Below, piece by piece: positions 1 to 11,222 of a stretch of 64,000 bases of DNA. Position 1 is the stretch's first letter, and the number at the start of each line of letters is the position of its first letter. The notes below the pieces were generated by a model. The model did no database searches, was not told the origin of the DNA, and was given only the letters and a program-made list of their open reading frames with translations. Position numbers and translations under genes: made by a program. The stretch comes from the human T2T-CHM13v2.0 reference genome, Homo sapiens, in the NCBI RefSeq assembly GCF_009914755.1, contig NC_060932.1; one strand, given 5' to 3'.

Positions 1-1103
1 TAGTTTTACTGAAAGATTCATCTCAAATAAAATAATTTGCAATTTCCATGTCATTCAACACTATGTAATTATAATAATATTCATTTTATAGTGAAAGCTA
101 ACATTGTAAGTAGAAAAATTACAATAAAATGCTTTGCAAAGATGCTGAGTAGTGGAAAAATAATTCTATGTAGTAGTTTTCAGGAAAATCGTTGTGAATT
201 CCAATTCTGTCATCTGTAATCACAGACCCTTCTACCCAAGGAAAACACAAAAGTATGTAACTCAAATTCAAATTAATGGCACATTTCTGTGTTCGTTTTA
301 TACATCATCTGTGCTATGAAAGGAAACACATTATATTTAGAATCTCATTTATATTCATTTCCTAGATTCCAAGGTCAGTGTTCAATAGCACTGCCCAAAG
401 GCTGATGGACTTAACTTTATAAAATTGCATAAAGATGCCCAGAACCATTCTGAAATTGAACTACAATAAAACAAATGTAAATAAGGCAGCTATCTATTGG
501 ACTAGCGTCAGAAAACCTAGATATTATGTTATCATACAATTTCCAAGACAAAGTAGCAAAAGAGATGGTACAATTCAAATTCATATTTAACATTATTTGT
601 TGTGAAGTTGCTTTGCTACTCTTAAATATACTGGGCATATTCATTTTGAATATAGCTGAGTAATATAGAACCTACATTTGTTTTGAGTTTTACCGGATAC
701 TCAGATCGAATAGTAGGAAATCATTGCCTAATGCTTAAAAACATTAAAAAATCCTGAAATATACCAATCTGAAAAGAACTAAAAAAAAACTTTCACTTAT
801 TTTCAAATAAAACTAATACTTTCTTAAAATAATTTCTTACTTAAGTATGAGATGTGAGCAGTCACTCTACAGGCTGGCCAGACAGGTTTGTGATAGGGTC
901 AGAGAATATAACGTGTACTCACAAGGCCCCCACAGATGTTCACCTAAAATAAAGATACTTCTTAATGAACAGGTAGGTTCCTCTATTTAACGATTTTATT
1001 TTTCTCACTTAGAAAATCACCAGCAGTTTTCATACTAAAAGTCGACCCCAAAAGCAGATTGTGTAATTAGCCTTTAATCTGGTTTTCATACAAACTACAC
1101 TTC

Positions 1104-1432
1104 ATGGGTTAAATTGTACTCCTCCTCCCCCACCATTCTTAAGTTGAAGTCCTAACCTCCAGTATCTGAGAATGTGGCCTTATTTGGAGATGGAGTCTTT
1201 AAAGAGAAAATCAGGTTGAAATGAAGCCATTTGAATAGGTGTTAATCTAATATGGCTAGTGTCCCTGTGGGGGGGGAGGGAAAAAGGAAATTTGGGCACA
1301 GAGACAGGCATGGAGGGAGAACATCATGAGAACGTGAAGACAGCCATCTACCAGTCAAGGAGAGAGGCCTGGAACAGATCCTCCCCTCACAACCCTCAGA
1401 AGGAACCAACCCTACTGATGCCTTGATTTCAG
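1104..1432 (+). mobile_element. MaLR LTR fragment (MLT1B-like)
   Basis: Typical MLT1 motifs: gttgaagtcctaacctccagtatctgagaatgtggccttatttggagat ... ccctcagaaggaaccaaccctactgatgccttgatttcag; 3' part missing. Confidence 0.8.
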
Positions 1433-1624
1433 TGATAATATCCTTTACAAAAAGGTCACTGAGATTATATATATATTTTTTAATTAAAAAAATTGTTGGT
1501 TAAAATGGGGACATTTGGAATGTCTAGGCTCAAACTTTGTGTGCTAGTTCGTATTTCAACAGCTACACGAAAGTCAATTTGTCTAACATTTAGATAAATA
1601 TTGTATATTTAAAGTGTTTTTCCT

Positions 1625-1945
1625 TTTTTTTTTTTTGAGACAGAAATATTGCTCTGTCTGTCAACCAGGCTGGAGTGCACTGGTGCAATCATAGCTCACT
1701 GCAGCCTCGTACTTCTGACCAGCAATCCTCCTGCCTCAGCCTCCTCAGTAGCTAGGACTAGAGGTGCACACCTGGCTAAACAACTACAGCCATGCAACTA
1801 CAGCCACACCTGGTGCAACTGCAGCCACACCTAGCTAAGTTTTTCATTTTGTAGAAACAAGTTTGGGAAGGGGTCTCGCTGTGTTGCCCAGGCTGGTCTT
1901 GAACTCCTATTCTTAAAGATCCTCCTGCTTCATCCTCCTAAAGCA
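1625..1945 (-). mobile_element. Old Alu (AluJ-like) with an internal micro-duplication
   Basis: Poly(T), then caggctggagtgcactggtgcaatcatagctcactgcagcctc; left arm ttgcccaggctggtcttgaactcct. Confidence 0.9.
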
Positions 1946-2239
1946 GTAATTATTTAAAAATGAAAAGCCACTACACGTGCAGGATTTAATTTTGCTTAAA
2001 CTTATTTTTTTAATGCAAAACTGGGTAAAGTGAATAATATTCTGGCAATATTGAAGGAACATAGATGGCAAATTTATTTAAAATCTTTAATTGGAAAGTT
2101 TGTTCTTTATTAATTTATTTATTTCTTCATCTGTCTATTCATTTACCTGCTTATCTACCTACCAGAGCTTTGCAATAATAGCAGTTTACAGGGAAATTTT
2201 ATATCATGCAGGTAATTCTGACTGCTTGAATTTTTAAAT

Positions 2240-3925
2240 TCAAAACATTACAGAACTATGATAAATTTTATATATGTTTCATAAATCCAAGACAAAGATA
2301 AATATCCAATTTTAAAAATGGGTAAGGTTATTAACTCTACTACTAGTTCAAAATGTGTTGGAGGTATTAGTCAAAGAAATTAGATATCAAAGACAAAGCA
2401 ATTACTGACATAAAAATTAGAAAGCAAGAGGCTATCTTAACTTATAGATAATATGATTATATATTTGGAAAACACAGGAAAAAAATCAATGGAAAAAGTA
2501 CTAAAGACAGGAGTTACGGGTAGGTTGAAGGTATGCCAAAAAAGGAGATAGAACAGGGGATTCTGCACCTTGATTTTGGTGGTGGTTACAGAACCCATAT
2601 ATGTGTTAAAATTCACAGAGCTGTACACTAAAAGAAGTAATCGGGTCAATTTAAATAAAAAATAACTAACAAAATAAAATAAAAACTAGTGTAAACAATC
2701 CAAGGGCAAGTAGGAAAAAGATTGATACATTTGATATATGAGAGAAAAATCAAACTTTTACATGGCAAAACACAGCATAGACAAATAGACAAACTGAGAA
2801 GAGCTATTTGGAACCAAGTCACAGACAAATAAATAATATTTCCAACACATGAAGTGACTCTTGAGAATTGAAAAGAAAAAAACAAAATTTATATAAAAAT
2901 AGGTAAAAGAATATATGGTACACATAAAAAGAAAAAGAAATGTAAGTGGCCTTTATACACATGAAATGGTGTTCATTCTTACTGCTAATAAGAAGAATTC
3001 AATTTAAAATTACGCTGAGATATCATTTCTTATCCTTTAGATTGGCAAGAATCCATACATTTGAGAACATACCCTGCTGGCCAGGCTTTTGGGAACAGAT
3101 GCTCCCATACATTGCTGGCAGAAATGTCATATGTGTACTGCCTGTGGAGGGGGATTTGGAAGTAAGTAGAAAACTACATATGTCTTCATCTTTGATATAG
3201 TAATCTCATTCCTAAAATTCATCTTGAAAATATATCTCCACAGATACAAAGCAAATTTTGATTTCTTATAATAGCAAAATGCCCGTCAAAATGTGTGAAT
3301 AAAATACATTACATTTCTACAATGAAATACTATGCAATCTTAGAAATAAATGAGAATGATGTCTATATGCTGTTGTAAAGTGGTATCTAGAATATATTTT
3401 TAAGAAAAAAACAAAAAAAAAACGCCATAAAGCAATGTGTAGAGTATGTCAATGTGTTTTTATAACAAGAGAGGAACACATGTATGAGAGACGTATTTAT
3501 ATTTTCAAAACATTTTTGAAAGATAATCGAAAACTCTAAAATTATGATTATCTATAGGGAACGTAATGGCAAGAACAGAGAAGAAAACTAAACTTCTCTT
3601 CCTGCTCCTTTTTACTTTTTCATTTATAAAAATTATTTGTACTTCGGAAGTGTTAGGAAGTAAAACCTTTGAGGACTACGTTAGCCAAATGCAGTCAGTG
3701 GACCTTGTTTGGATCCTGATTCTAACACTTCAACTTGCAAAAAGGCATTCTTGAGGCAGTCAGATAAATTTGAACACAGAATAATTATTAGATGATATTA
3801 AGGATTTATCGTCACTTGCTAGATGTGGTCACAATGTGGCTGTTTTTAAAAAGGCCTAACTTGTAAGAGATATAAAACGAAGTATTTATGGACAAAAGAA
3901 CATTATATCCTAGAAAAAATGATGT
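2240..3925 (+). mobile_element. Degenerate ancient L1 (L1M-type) ORF2-end and 3' UTR fragments
   Basis: A-rich; motifs such as aaattacgctgagatatcatttctt...agattggcaag, ctcccatacattgctggcagaaatg, aatgaaatactatgcaatc, gaccttgtttggatcctgattc. Confidence 0.65.
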
Positions 3926-3929
3926 ACAG

Positions 3930-4132
3930 AAACTACAAATTAAAATAATTTTTAAAAAATCATGAGTGATGTAAGATTCTTTCCTCCAGAAAGAATCAGC
4001 TCCTCACAGCGAGATTCCTGGCATCTTTAACTTAGTCTCTTAGGAGAAGAGACTTGCTTGATTCACAGAACCTTGCACAGTGACACTTGCAGAATTGGTG
4101 TAAAGGGTAGAATATTTTTGAAGGATCTGTCA
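3930..4132. repeat. Copy 1 of an old ~200-bp local direct duplication
   Basis: Aligns colinearly with 4785-4990; shared core tgtaaagggtagaatatttttgaagg(a/c)tctgtca. Confidence 0.9.
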
Positions 4133-4139
4133 ATTTAAT

Positions 4140-4625
4140 CTATAGAGGAGAAACAGATCTCAAAAGCATTAAAAATGTGCATACATTTTGACCCACGAAT
4201 TATGATTTCTGGAATTTATCCTAAACATATAGCTACAAATGTATGTAAAGATTTAGCTAAAGGAATAATTTTTCATAGCAAAAAAACTAGAAATACCTTG
4301 CATCTGAATCTATTTGTTAAACGAATCAAATAATGCAAAACCACCTTTAAAATTATGTTGAAAATAATTTTTACAATGAATGGAAAGGTTCATTTTATTA
4401 CTAACTGGAAAAAATTGTTCATAAAACCAAAATTCAGTATAATCTAGATTTTAATTAAGAAATTCAAGAAAAATATTACAACACTTTATCAATGTTTATA
4501 GTAATTATCTTTGGGAAGTCAGAATATAGGTAGCTTTTGCTTAAAATCAGTATTTGTGGCTTATCATTTTCTTTTTTAAAAATCTGCAGTAAACCTATAT
4601 TATTACTTTTGCAAAAAAATAGCTA
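4140..4625 (+). mobile_element. Ancient L1M 3' fragment
   Basis: aaaatgtgcatacattttgacccacgaattatgatttctggaatttatcctaa resembles the L1 ORF2 end. Confidence 0.6.
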
Positions 4626-4784
4626 TTAAAGTAGAAGGCAGCTATTCACAAGGCAATTAATCAATTTCAGAAAAAAGATAATAACACCAAAGATGCAGAA
4701 AACAGAATAGAAAGATGGAGATAATTGTGAGGTAAAAACATTTTACAGATAAAGAACAAGTACTGAACCACAAAAAAATTGAAC

Positions 4785-4990
4785 AACTATAAATAAAATC
4801 ATTTTTCATCTTGAGTGATATACGATTCTTTCCTTCACAAAAATGGCCATTACAGTGAGATTCTTGTCACATTCAACTTAGCCCCCTAGGAGAACAGCTA
4901 AACATTTCATCTTGCTGCATCTACAGAACCAAGCACAGCGTTACTTGAGAAGTTGATGTAAAGGGTAGAATATTTTTGAAGGCTCTGTCA
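4785..4990. repeat. Copy 2 of an old ~200-bp local direct duplication
   Basis: Aligns with 3930-4132 at an offset of ~858 bp. Confidence 0.9.
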
Positions 4991-6839
4991 TCGTAGTCTC
5001 TCTTATACTTAAACTAGACTCCCACTTTGTACACTGCACACCACCAGGAAGAGGTACCTGCCAAATGCCAACTCATCATGGAAACGTTTATGATATCTGG
5101 GGGGAGAATTGCTTGCCAGAGTGACAGATGCTGAAAGTTTGCTTTTCTCCCTCCATAGGAAAGGAAAGCAAGAGAGAAGGGGAATCATGAATTTGTTTTG
5201 ACTTCCTCTTTCTGGGGTTGGCCTTATAGCTGCAAAGCATTCTTGATCATTAAGGAAAAAGCTGGGAGAAGACCCTTGGCCCTGCTCTCTGATAGGAACT
5301 AGGAAGAAGAGAAAGTAGCTGCAGAACAGTAACAGGAGGGGCATAGCAAGGTTAGGCCAAGAGAGCCTGACTGGACTCTCTTTTCTATTCTTCATATCTC
5401 CCAATCCCCACCACAAGCAGCCTTCAGCCACAGCTTGGTCCACAAAGCATTTTGACATTCCCAACAGCCCCTGAGAGATGGCAAGAAGATTGAGATTTCC
5501 AAAGGAAAACTATTACTCTTCATATTTGTTTAAAATCAAACTTTGACCTGTGTTTTCATGAATCTTATTTGATAAATATAGTACTGTTGAGAAATTTTCT
5601 TCCTTAGATAACACACTTACTAGAATGTAAAACTGTCCACTGGGTCACGCTGAATATTACAAGGAAATTAATTATAGAATTTCCCACCCACATATATCTC
5701 CTTCTAGGATAAAGTTATTTTTAAAAATCAAGAGAAATTTAAGACACTATTATAAAAAAGACAGATTACCCCAGACATTTGGCATGTTAGAAGACACAGA
5801 TAGATTTTATTTTAAGTATAGCTCCCTTGTTCAATGTTATGGATAAGATATAGCTAAAACATGAATAGTGTGTAAATATGAATGTGTAAATATTCAGAGA
5901 ATGAGGCAGAGATTTGAAATAATAAATAAGGAAAATATTGAGCCCTATTGGAAATTACTTGGAGTTACTCACAAATTACATGCCACCTCTTTTTTAAAGA
6001 CTACCATTATATGATAAAATAAAATTTGGGTTGAATAAATGAAGTTGGAGTCTCCTTATCTTCAACAGGAAGCTGGCTCATATACTTGAGAGATGCTTTT
6101 TGAATATTTGACTTTCACTTTTTGCCAGAATGAACATTTGGGGAATATATCTGGCTAGACCTGAATAATACCCCCCAATCCCCAAGAAACACAGGAAGAA
6201 AGAGAGAGAGAGACAAAACTGAGAAAGAAGGGTGTCTAGGCTCTTAAAATTATCCTAGACATTGACTAAGTCCTAGACTCAAGAACTATTATAACCTAGG
6301 AAAAGTCCATCTCTAGAGTTAACATTTTATAATTTCTCACGATAATTAATAAAACTCTACTGTGTTTTTTAAATGAATCCATTAATAAAAAATATATCCT
6401 GTGTAATAGCCTAAGTTTGGGGATTCAGTTAGAAAAAAGGTTAGAGTTCCCTGAACTTATAGTACTTATTTCTCCAAATCCTCTGGACGTGTGTAAGGTA
6501 AGATTTATTTGTTCCATAGCCATTCACTCAACAGAGATTTCTTGAACACCTGCTATGTGTCTGCTGATTGCTGGGCTCATACTAGTCGGCAACACCGACA
6601 TGATTTCTGCCTTCAGCCTTCATAATCAGATACTCATACAATCACATAGTTGGACACTATTTAAAAAAAAATGCTGGAAAGAGTTTAAGGCAGGGGTGGG
6701 TATTAAGCCCTTCCTGAGGAAATGGGACTCGGAGGAGGAGGATAAATTAACGATATTAAGAGTGAGGACGGGCGTGGATATGCTAGCCAGAGGGGACCTG
6801 TATGGACAAAAGGCCAGAGAAACTGATTTGGAAAATTAA

Positions 6840-7440
6840 GGTCCTCCCCCGCCCCTGCTCCCCACCCCCGACCCCGCCCAAACTTCGAGGTCCTCAGAAT
6901 GCTGGAGCACAGAACACTACTTCTTACAGAATGGTTTCTGTATTTTGACTTTTCCCCAAAGACATGCTCTACAAGGAGGTGTCTCTTGGCTATAAACACT
7001 GCAGACAAGTTTTTGCTTGTGCATCTTGTCCAGCGCGTTTTGCTTGATTTTTAAATCTAGATGCATTTAGGCGGGCGTACACGTTCGGATTTGTCACAGG
7101 CCACCTAACTCTATTGGTCTCACACACGTGTGCCACCTGTCTGACCCCTGGGAAACAGAGTTTGCAAGGTTTTCCCGTTGACTACTCGACTTTAGCACCA
7201 AAGAGAAGCAGGAGTGCAGAAGACAGGGCAAAATCGCCAACCCGGCGCAAGCAGCGCAAGCGCAGTGGGCGCTGGGGAGCGCGGAGGAAAAGGCGGGACG
7301 CCGCATGGTGGCCAGTCACTGCGCATGAGCGGCCCGCGTTGCCAAGACAGCTGGGAAGGCGTCTCCCGGAAGACGAACCCCGCAGAGCTGATGGCATTGA
7401 GATCCATTCCCGGAGGGGTCAGCTCCTGACGGGTTCCTGA
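6840..7440 (+). promoter_or_regulatory. CpG-rich promoter / 5' region of C8orf48
   Basis: The only CpG-dense non-repeat stretch in the window; GC boxes (ccccgccc at ~6847 and ~6872), NRF1-like tgcgcatgag at 7320, RFX X-box-like gttgccaagacagc at 7338-7351; lies directly upstream of the 319-aa ORF. Confidence 0.8.
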
Positions 7441-7492
7441 GCCAGTCTTAACCTGGGCAAAGGAGATGAGGAGCCGAGCCTGATGCATTGTG

Positions 7493-8452
7493 ATGGCCAT
7501 CTGCCCAGAATTGGCCCAAACGGACAAAAGTGCTCTTGCAAACCTTTCTGATGAGACTGAGACTTTGAAGAACTTTACTGATGAGGTACAGACTTCCAGC
7601 TCATTCAGCTCCTCTGGAGGACGGCAGTCCTCGCCCCTGACCTCTGGGAGCAAACTGGAGAGGGAAAAGCAGACTCCAAGCTTGGAACAAGGAGACACAC
7701 AATCTGAGCTTTTGGACTATAAAAATTATGAAAAGAAGTTGAGTAAAAAATGGATCAACTACCTCAAGCTCAAAGACTCTAACTTTGAACGGCACCAACC
7801 AGACACCAAACTTCCAACAGAAATCACTCGGGTATCAGATGAAGAATTGAATGCCCTGCAGTCTTATTGCACCATGAAGATAAATTTGATTCATCGTAGA
7901 GGGGATTCTAAGAAGAAGACGAGCAGCAGACATAAAAAGCTGCATCTTGGATTGGATGTAGAGGCTTCAGAGAGAGATGCCTTTAGTTGTACTGTACCCG
8001 ATGAACTTTTGAACAGAATCTACTTTAAAAACATGAGGACAACGCCAAAACAGGAGGCAGCAGCTAAGCAACACATATCTTATCAGTGTCCCTATTGTAA
8101 CAGGAAAAGAGCGGAGCTGGCCCTGTCTGCCTTTCTGAAACAAAAGAAGACTTTACTGGAGTCATTTCTACTCCAAGAGAGAATAGATGAACATCTTCAT
8201 ACCAAAGACTTTCTCACCCGTATTGGAGAAGCACATCAAGACTTTCCCAGGCTTTCAGATGACCCCAGAATAATCTGGAAAAGACTGACTGAGAAAAGTC
8301 ATATCAGATACTCTGGTTTTGAAAGATCAGAGACAGAGCAGAAGATGCAGCGAGATGGAAATAGTGCTTGTCATTTACCATTTTCTCTGCCATTTCTCAA
8401 GCGACTTACTCTAATCAAACCAGAGCTGGTGATTGTTAATGATAATGTGTAA
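7493..8452 (+). CDS. C8orf48: Uncharacterised protein C8orf48, 319 aa, single coding exon
   Basis: Longest ORF in the window, not repeat-derived; ATG at 7493 (gtgATGG; the ORF track starts one codon earlier at GTG); protein MAICPELAQTDKSALANLSDETETLKN...LIKPELVIVNDNV recognised as human C8orf48; CpG promoter upstream and AATAAA downstream. Confidence 0.93.
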   Translation: MAICPELAQTDKSALANLSDETETLKNFTDEVQTSSSFSSSGGRQSSPLTSGSKLEREKQTPSLEQGDTQSELLDYKNYEKKLSKKWINYLKLKDSNFERHQPDTKLPTEITRVSDEELNALQSYCTMKINLIHRRGDSKKKTSSRHKKLHLGLDVEASERDAFSCTVPDELLNRIYFKNMRTTPKQEAAAKQHISYQCPYCNRKRAELALSAFLKQKKTLLESFLLQERIDEHLHTKDFLTRIGEAHQDFPRLSDDPRIIWKRLTEKSHIRYSGFERSETEQKMQRDGNSACHLPFSLPFLKRLTLIKPELVIVNDNV

Positions 8453-8699
8453 TGTGGATAGATGTCTTTGTTGTGTATTTGAGTAATTACCATAATTTCT
8501 ACAGGCACTTGGGAAACTAACTTAAGACTTTACTATGCTTCCTTCACAGATTTGAGGACTAAGAACTTTCACTTTTTTTTTCCTATTATAGAAGGCACTG
8601 TTGTAGTTGGAATAGTTATAAAAACTTTTACAAAATTCCAAGAGAACTGTGTTGGTAGTTTGGGCCAGGATGTTGATGGTACAGAAGCAAAGTAGTATG

Positions 8700-9450
8700 G
8701 GGATGTAAGAGAAACTTAAAAAGTAATAACTGTCTTTGGCGATCAAATGGCTATGGGGAATTAATAAATAGTAGATGTTTGAAATGTTATTAAGGCTCTG
8801 ACTTGTGCGCCCGGATGAATGATCATTAATTTCATTAAGACAGGAACACCAGAAGAGGACTATGTTTGATGGAACTGTTGAAGAGTATGATTATTTGGAC
8901 ATATAAGGTGCATTTGGGACATACACATTGACAGTTTGAAGAAACATTTGATTATTTGTTTTTGCGCTTCAGAAGAAAGGTATAGCCTAGAGGTGCAAAA
9001 TAAATTGGGGTAGGACTGGGGGAAGGGTGGGGATCAATGGCATATAGCTGGAAGTTGAAGCCGTAGATTGTCAAGCGTTTTTGGAAATGACTAGAATAAG
9101 AAGAGAAGCAGGGTTGATACAAACTCTTGAGAAATGCCAATTAATGGCTAAGTAGAGAAAAATAAACCTGCAGAAAAGATTGTGAAAAAAGTTATCAAGT
9201 GGATCAAGGAAATCAGGAATGTATAGTGTCATAGATGCTAAGGAATGAATATTTAAAGAAGGATAGTTGTCTAACCACATCAATCAACAGAGAAGCCATG
9301 TAAAGATGATTTAGTCATGTATTGGGCACTGCTGACCTTAGCAAAAGCCATTTCACTTATACAAATGGGGCAGACAAAATAGATTGAGGAAAAATGTAAG
9401 TAAATAATGAATGGATATAGGGTACTCCTTGAAATATTTAGCTGTAACGG
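8700..9450 (-). mobile_element. Degenerate L2 fragment
   Basis: Purine-rich antisense L2 pattern (ggctctgacttg..ggatgaatgatc..cattaagacaggaacaccagaagagga; tttggacat; cactgctgaccttagcaaaagccatttca). Confidence 0.65.
8763..8768 (+). terminator. Probable polyadenylation signal of C8orf48
   Basis: First canonical AATAAA after the stop codon, followed by GT/T-rich sequence (gatgtttgaaatgttatt); implies a ~1.4-kb unspliced mRNA. Confidence 0.7.
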
Positions 9451-10224
9451 GAAGAAGAAGTAAAGCTGGGGTTAGGTGTTGCGTTTTGAGAGAAGAACGC
9501 TTAAACAAATTATCTAGATAGCCATTTTGGTCGTGAAGATTTTATGAACCTTCTGTTGTTCATCCAAATTTATGTAATGAGGAAACAGTATTATTCCGCA
9601 AGGAATACCATGGCATTTTGAAAACACATTTATGGAGAAAAATGTTAGATGGCATTCTGAGAAGCCATTTATTATCTATTTCCTCTATAAAAATATAAAA
9701 CCATGGAATTAGTGGCATTACCTGGAGATCACTTTTCTACATGTCCAACACCTGAATTATCTCAGTGAAAAAGAAATTTGTTTGCAAAAATCAGCACAGA
9801 AGAGTTTTAGTATTGTACTTCAGTATTACTCTTTGCGTTAAGACCTTCATTTATGTATAAAGATACTATTTTTTCCCCCATAAAATTTAGCATATTTCCC
9901 CTTAGTAAGTCATTCTAAATGGAAAATAACCATTACCATTTTCATAATAACCTTTTATTTGAAATCCATATTATGTCATGCTTTATCTTTGACATCTCAA
10001 TATATTCATGTTTTACATAATCAAAATTCTGAATAATTTTCCCTTTAGAATTCCCCCATTAAAGGGCATGCTCCACCCTTTTAGTCAACCAAGCTAGAAA
10101 TCTGAGTCATCTTTTGTTCTTCCTTTTTATTTTTCAACTCAACCCCAAGCTATTTTTCAGCAAGACTTTCAGCATACAGTTCCCAAATGTCAGCATACAG
10201 TTCTCAGAATTACTATTTTTTAAA

Positions 10225-10528
10225 TTTGTTACTTATTTATTATTGAGACAGGGTCTGGCTCTATCACCCAGGCTGGAATGCAGTGGTGCAATTACTGCTT
10301 ACTGCAGCCTCAACCTCTAGGATTCAGGTGATCCTCTCACCTCAGCCTCCCCAGCAGCTGGGACTACAGGTGCGTGCCGCCACGCCTGGCTAAATTTCTT
10401 TATTTGTATTTTCAGTAGAGAAATTTTGCTATGTTGCCCAGACTGGTCTGGAATTCCTGAGCTCAAGCAATCCTCCTGTCTCAGCCTTCCCAAGTGCTGG
10501 GATTGCAGGCACGAGCCACTGTGCCCAG
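10225..10528 (-). mobile_element. AluJ
   Basis: gagacagggtctggctctatcacccaggctggaatgcagtgg ... gggattgcaggcacgagccactgtgccc. Confidence 0.9.
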
Positions 10529-10799
10529 GAGCCCAGAATTATTTTTCTAACACACAAATCTGTTCAAGTAATTCTGTTGATTTAAAACAAAACAAAACTC
10601 TAAGTTGTTTATCTCTGATATGGAAATATTTCAAACTAATTAAGGTCACATAGTGGTTCTTTAACATCTGGCCCAACTTTACCTTTCTATTCTCATGTAA
10701 TCCCTCCCCACTGTATTCAAGCGTCTCTACATTACTTCCCTGAGCTCTTTTGTGTCACTATGGTTTCTATGTGCACATTTGTTTCCCCTAAATTCTCTC

Positions 10800-11222
10800 T
10801 TTTTTTTTTTTTATTATACTTTAAGTTTTAGGGTACCTGTGCACATTGTGCAGGTTAGTTACATATGTATACATGTGCCATGCTGGTGCGCTGCACCCAC
10901 TAACTCGTCATCTAGCATTAGGTATATCTCCCAATGCTATCCCTCCCCCCTCCCCCCACCCCACCACAGTCCCCAGAGTGTGATATTCCCCTTCCTGTGT
11001 CCGTGTGATCTCATTGTTCAATTCCCACCTATGAGTGAGAATATGCGGTGTTTGGTTTTTTGTTCTTGCGATAGTTTACTGAGAATGATGGTTTCCAATT
11101 TCATCCATGTCCCTACAAAGGACATGAACTCATCATTTTTTATGGCTGCATAGTATTCCATGGTGTATATGTGCCAGATTTTCTTAATCCAGTCTATGAT
11201 TGTTGGACATTTGCGTTGGTTC
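10800..11222 (-). mobile_element. 5'-truncated young L1 (L1PA2 / non-Ta L1HS-like 3' end, ~420 bp)
   Basis: Near-consensus L1 3' UTR; reads GATGACGAGTTAGTGGG (GAG, not the Ta ACA) and AAACTTAAAGTATAATAA; short TSD tctctt with an endonuclease-type tctt/aa site. Confidence 0.9.

Noticed and set aside
5009-5464. 151-aa - strand ORF
   Set aside because: Non-ATG start, low-complexity Phe/Leu/Ser composition from a purine-rich + strand, no recognisable homology
7427-7483. Selenocysteine or programmed readthrough of the two in-frame TGA codons
   Set aside because: No SECIS-like element recognised in the short 3' UTR and no TGA-CTAG readthrough context
7094-7798. Several overlapping ORFs on both strands around the C8orf48 start, including 168 aa on the - strand
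   Set aside because: Expected in GC-rich, stop-poor sequence and antisense to a real CDS; mostly non-ATG starts
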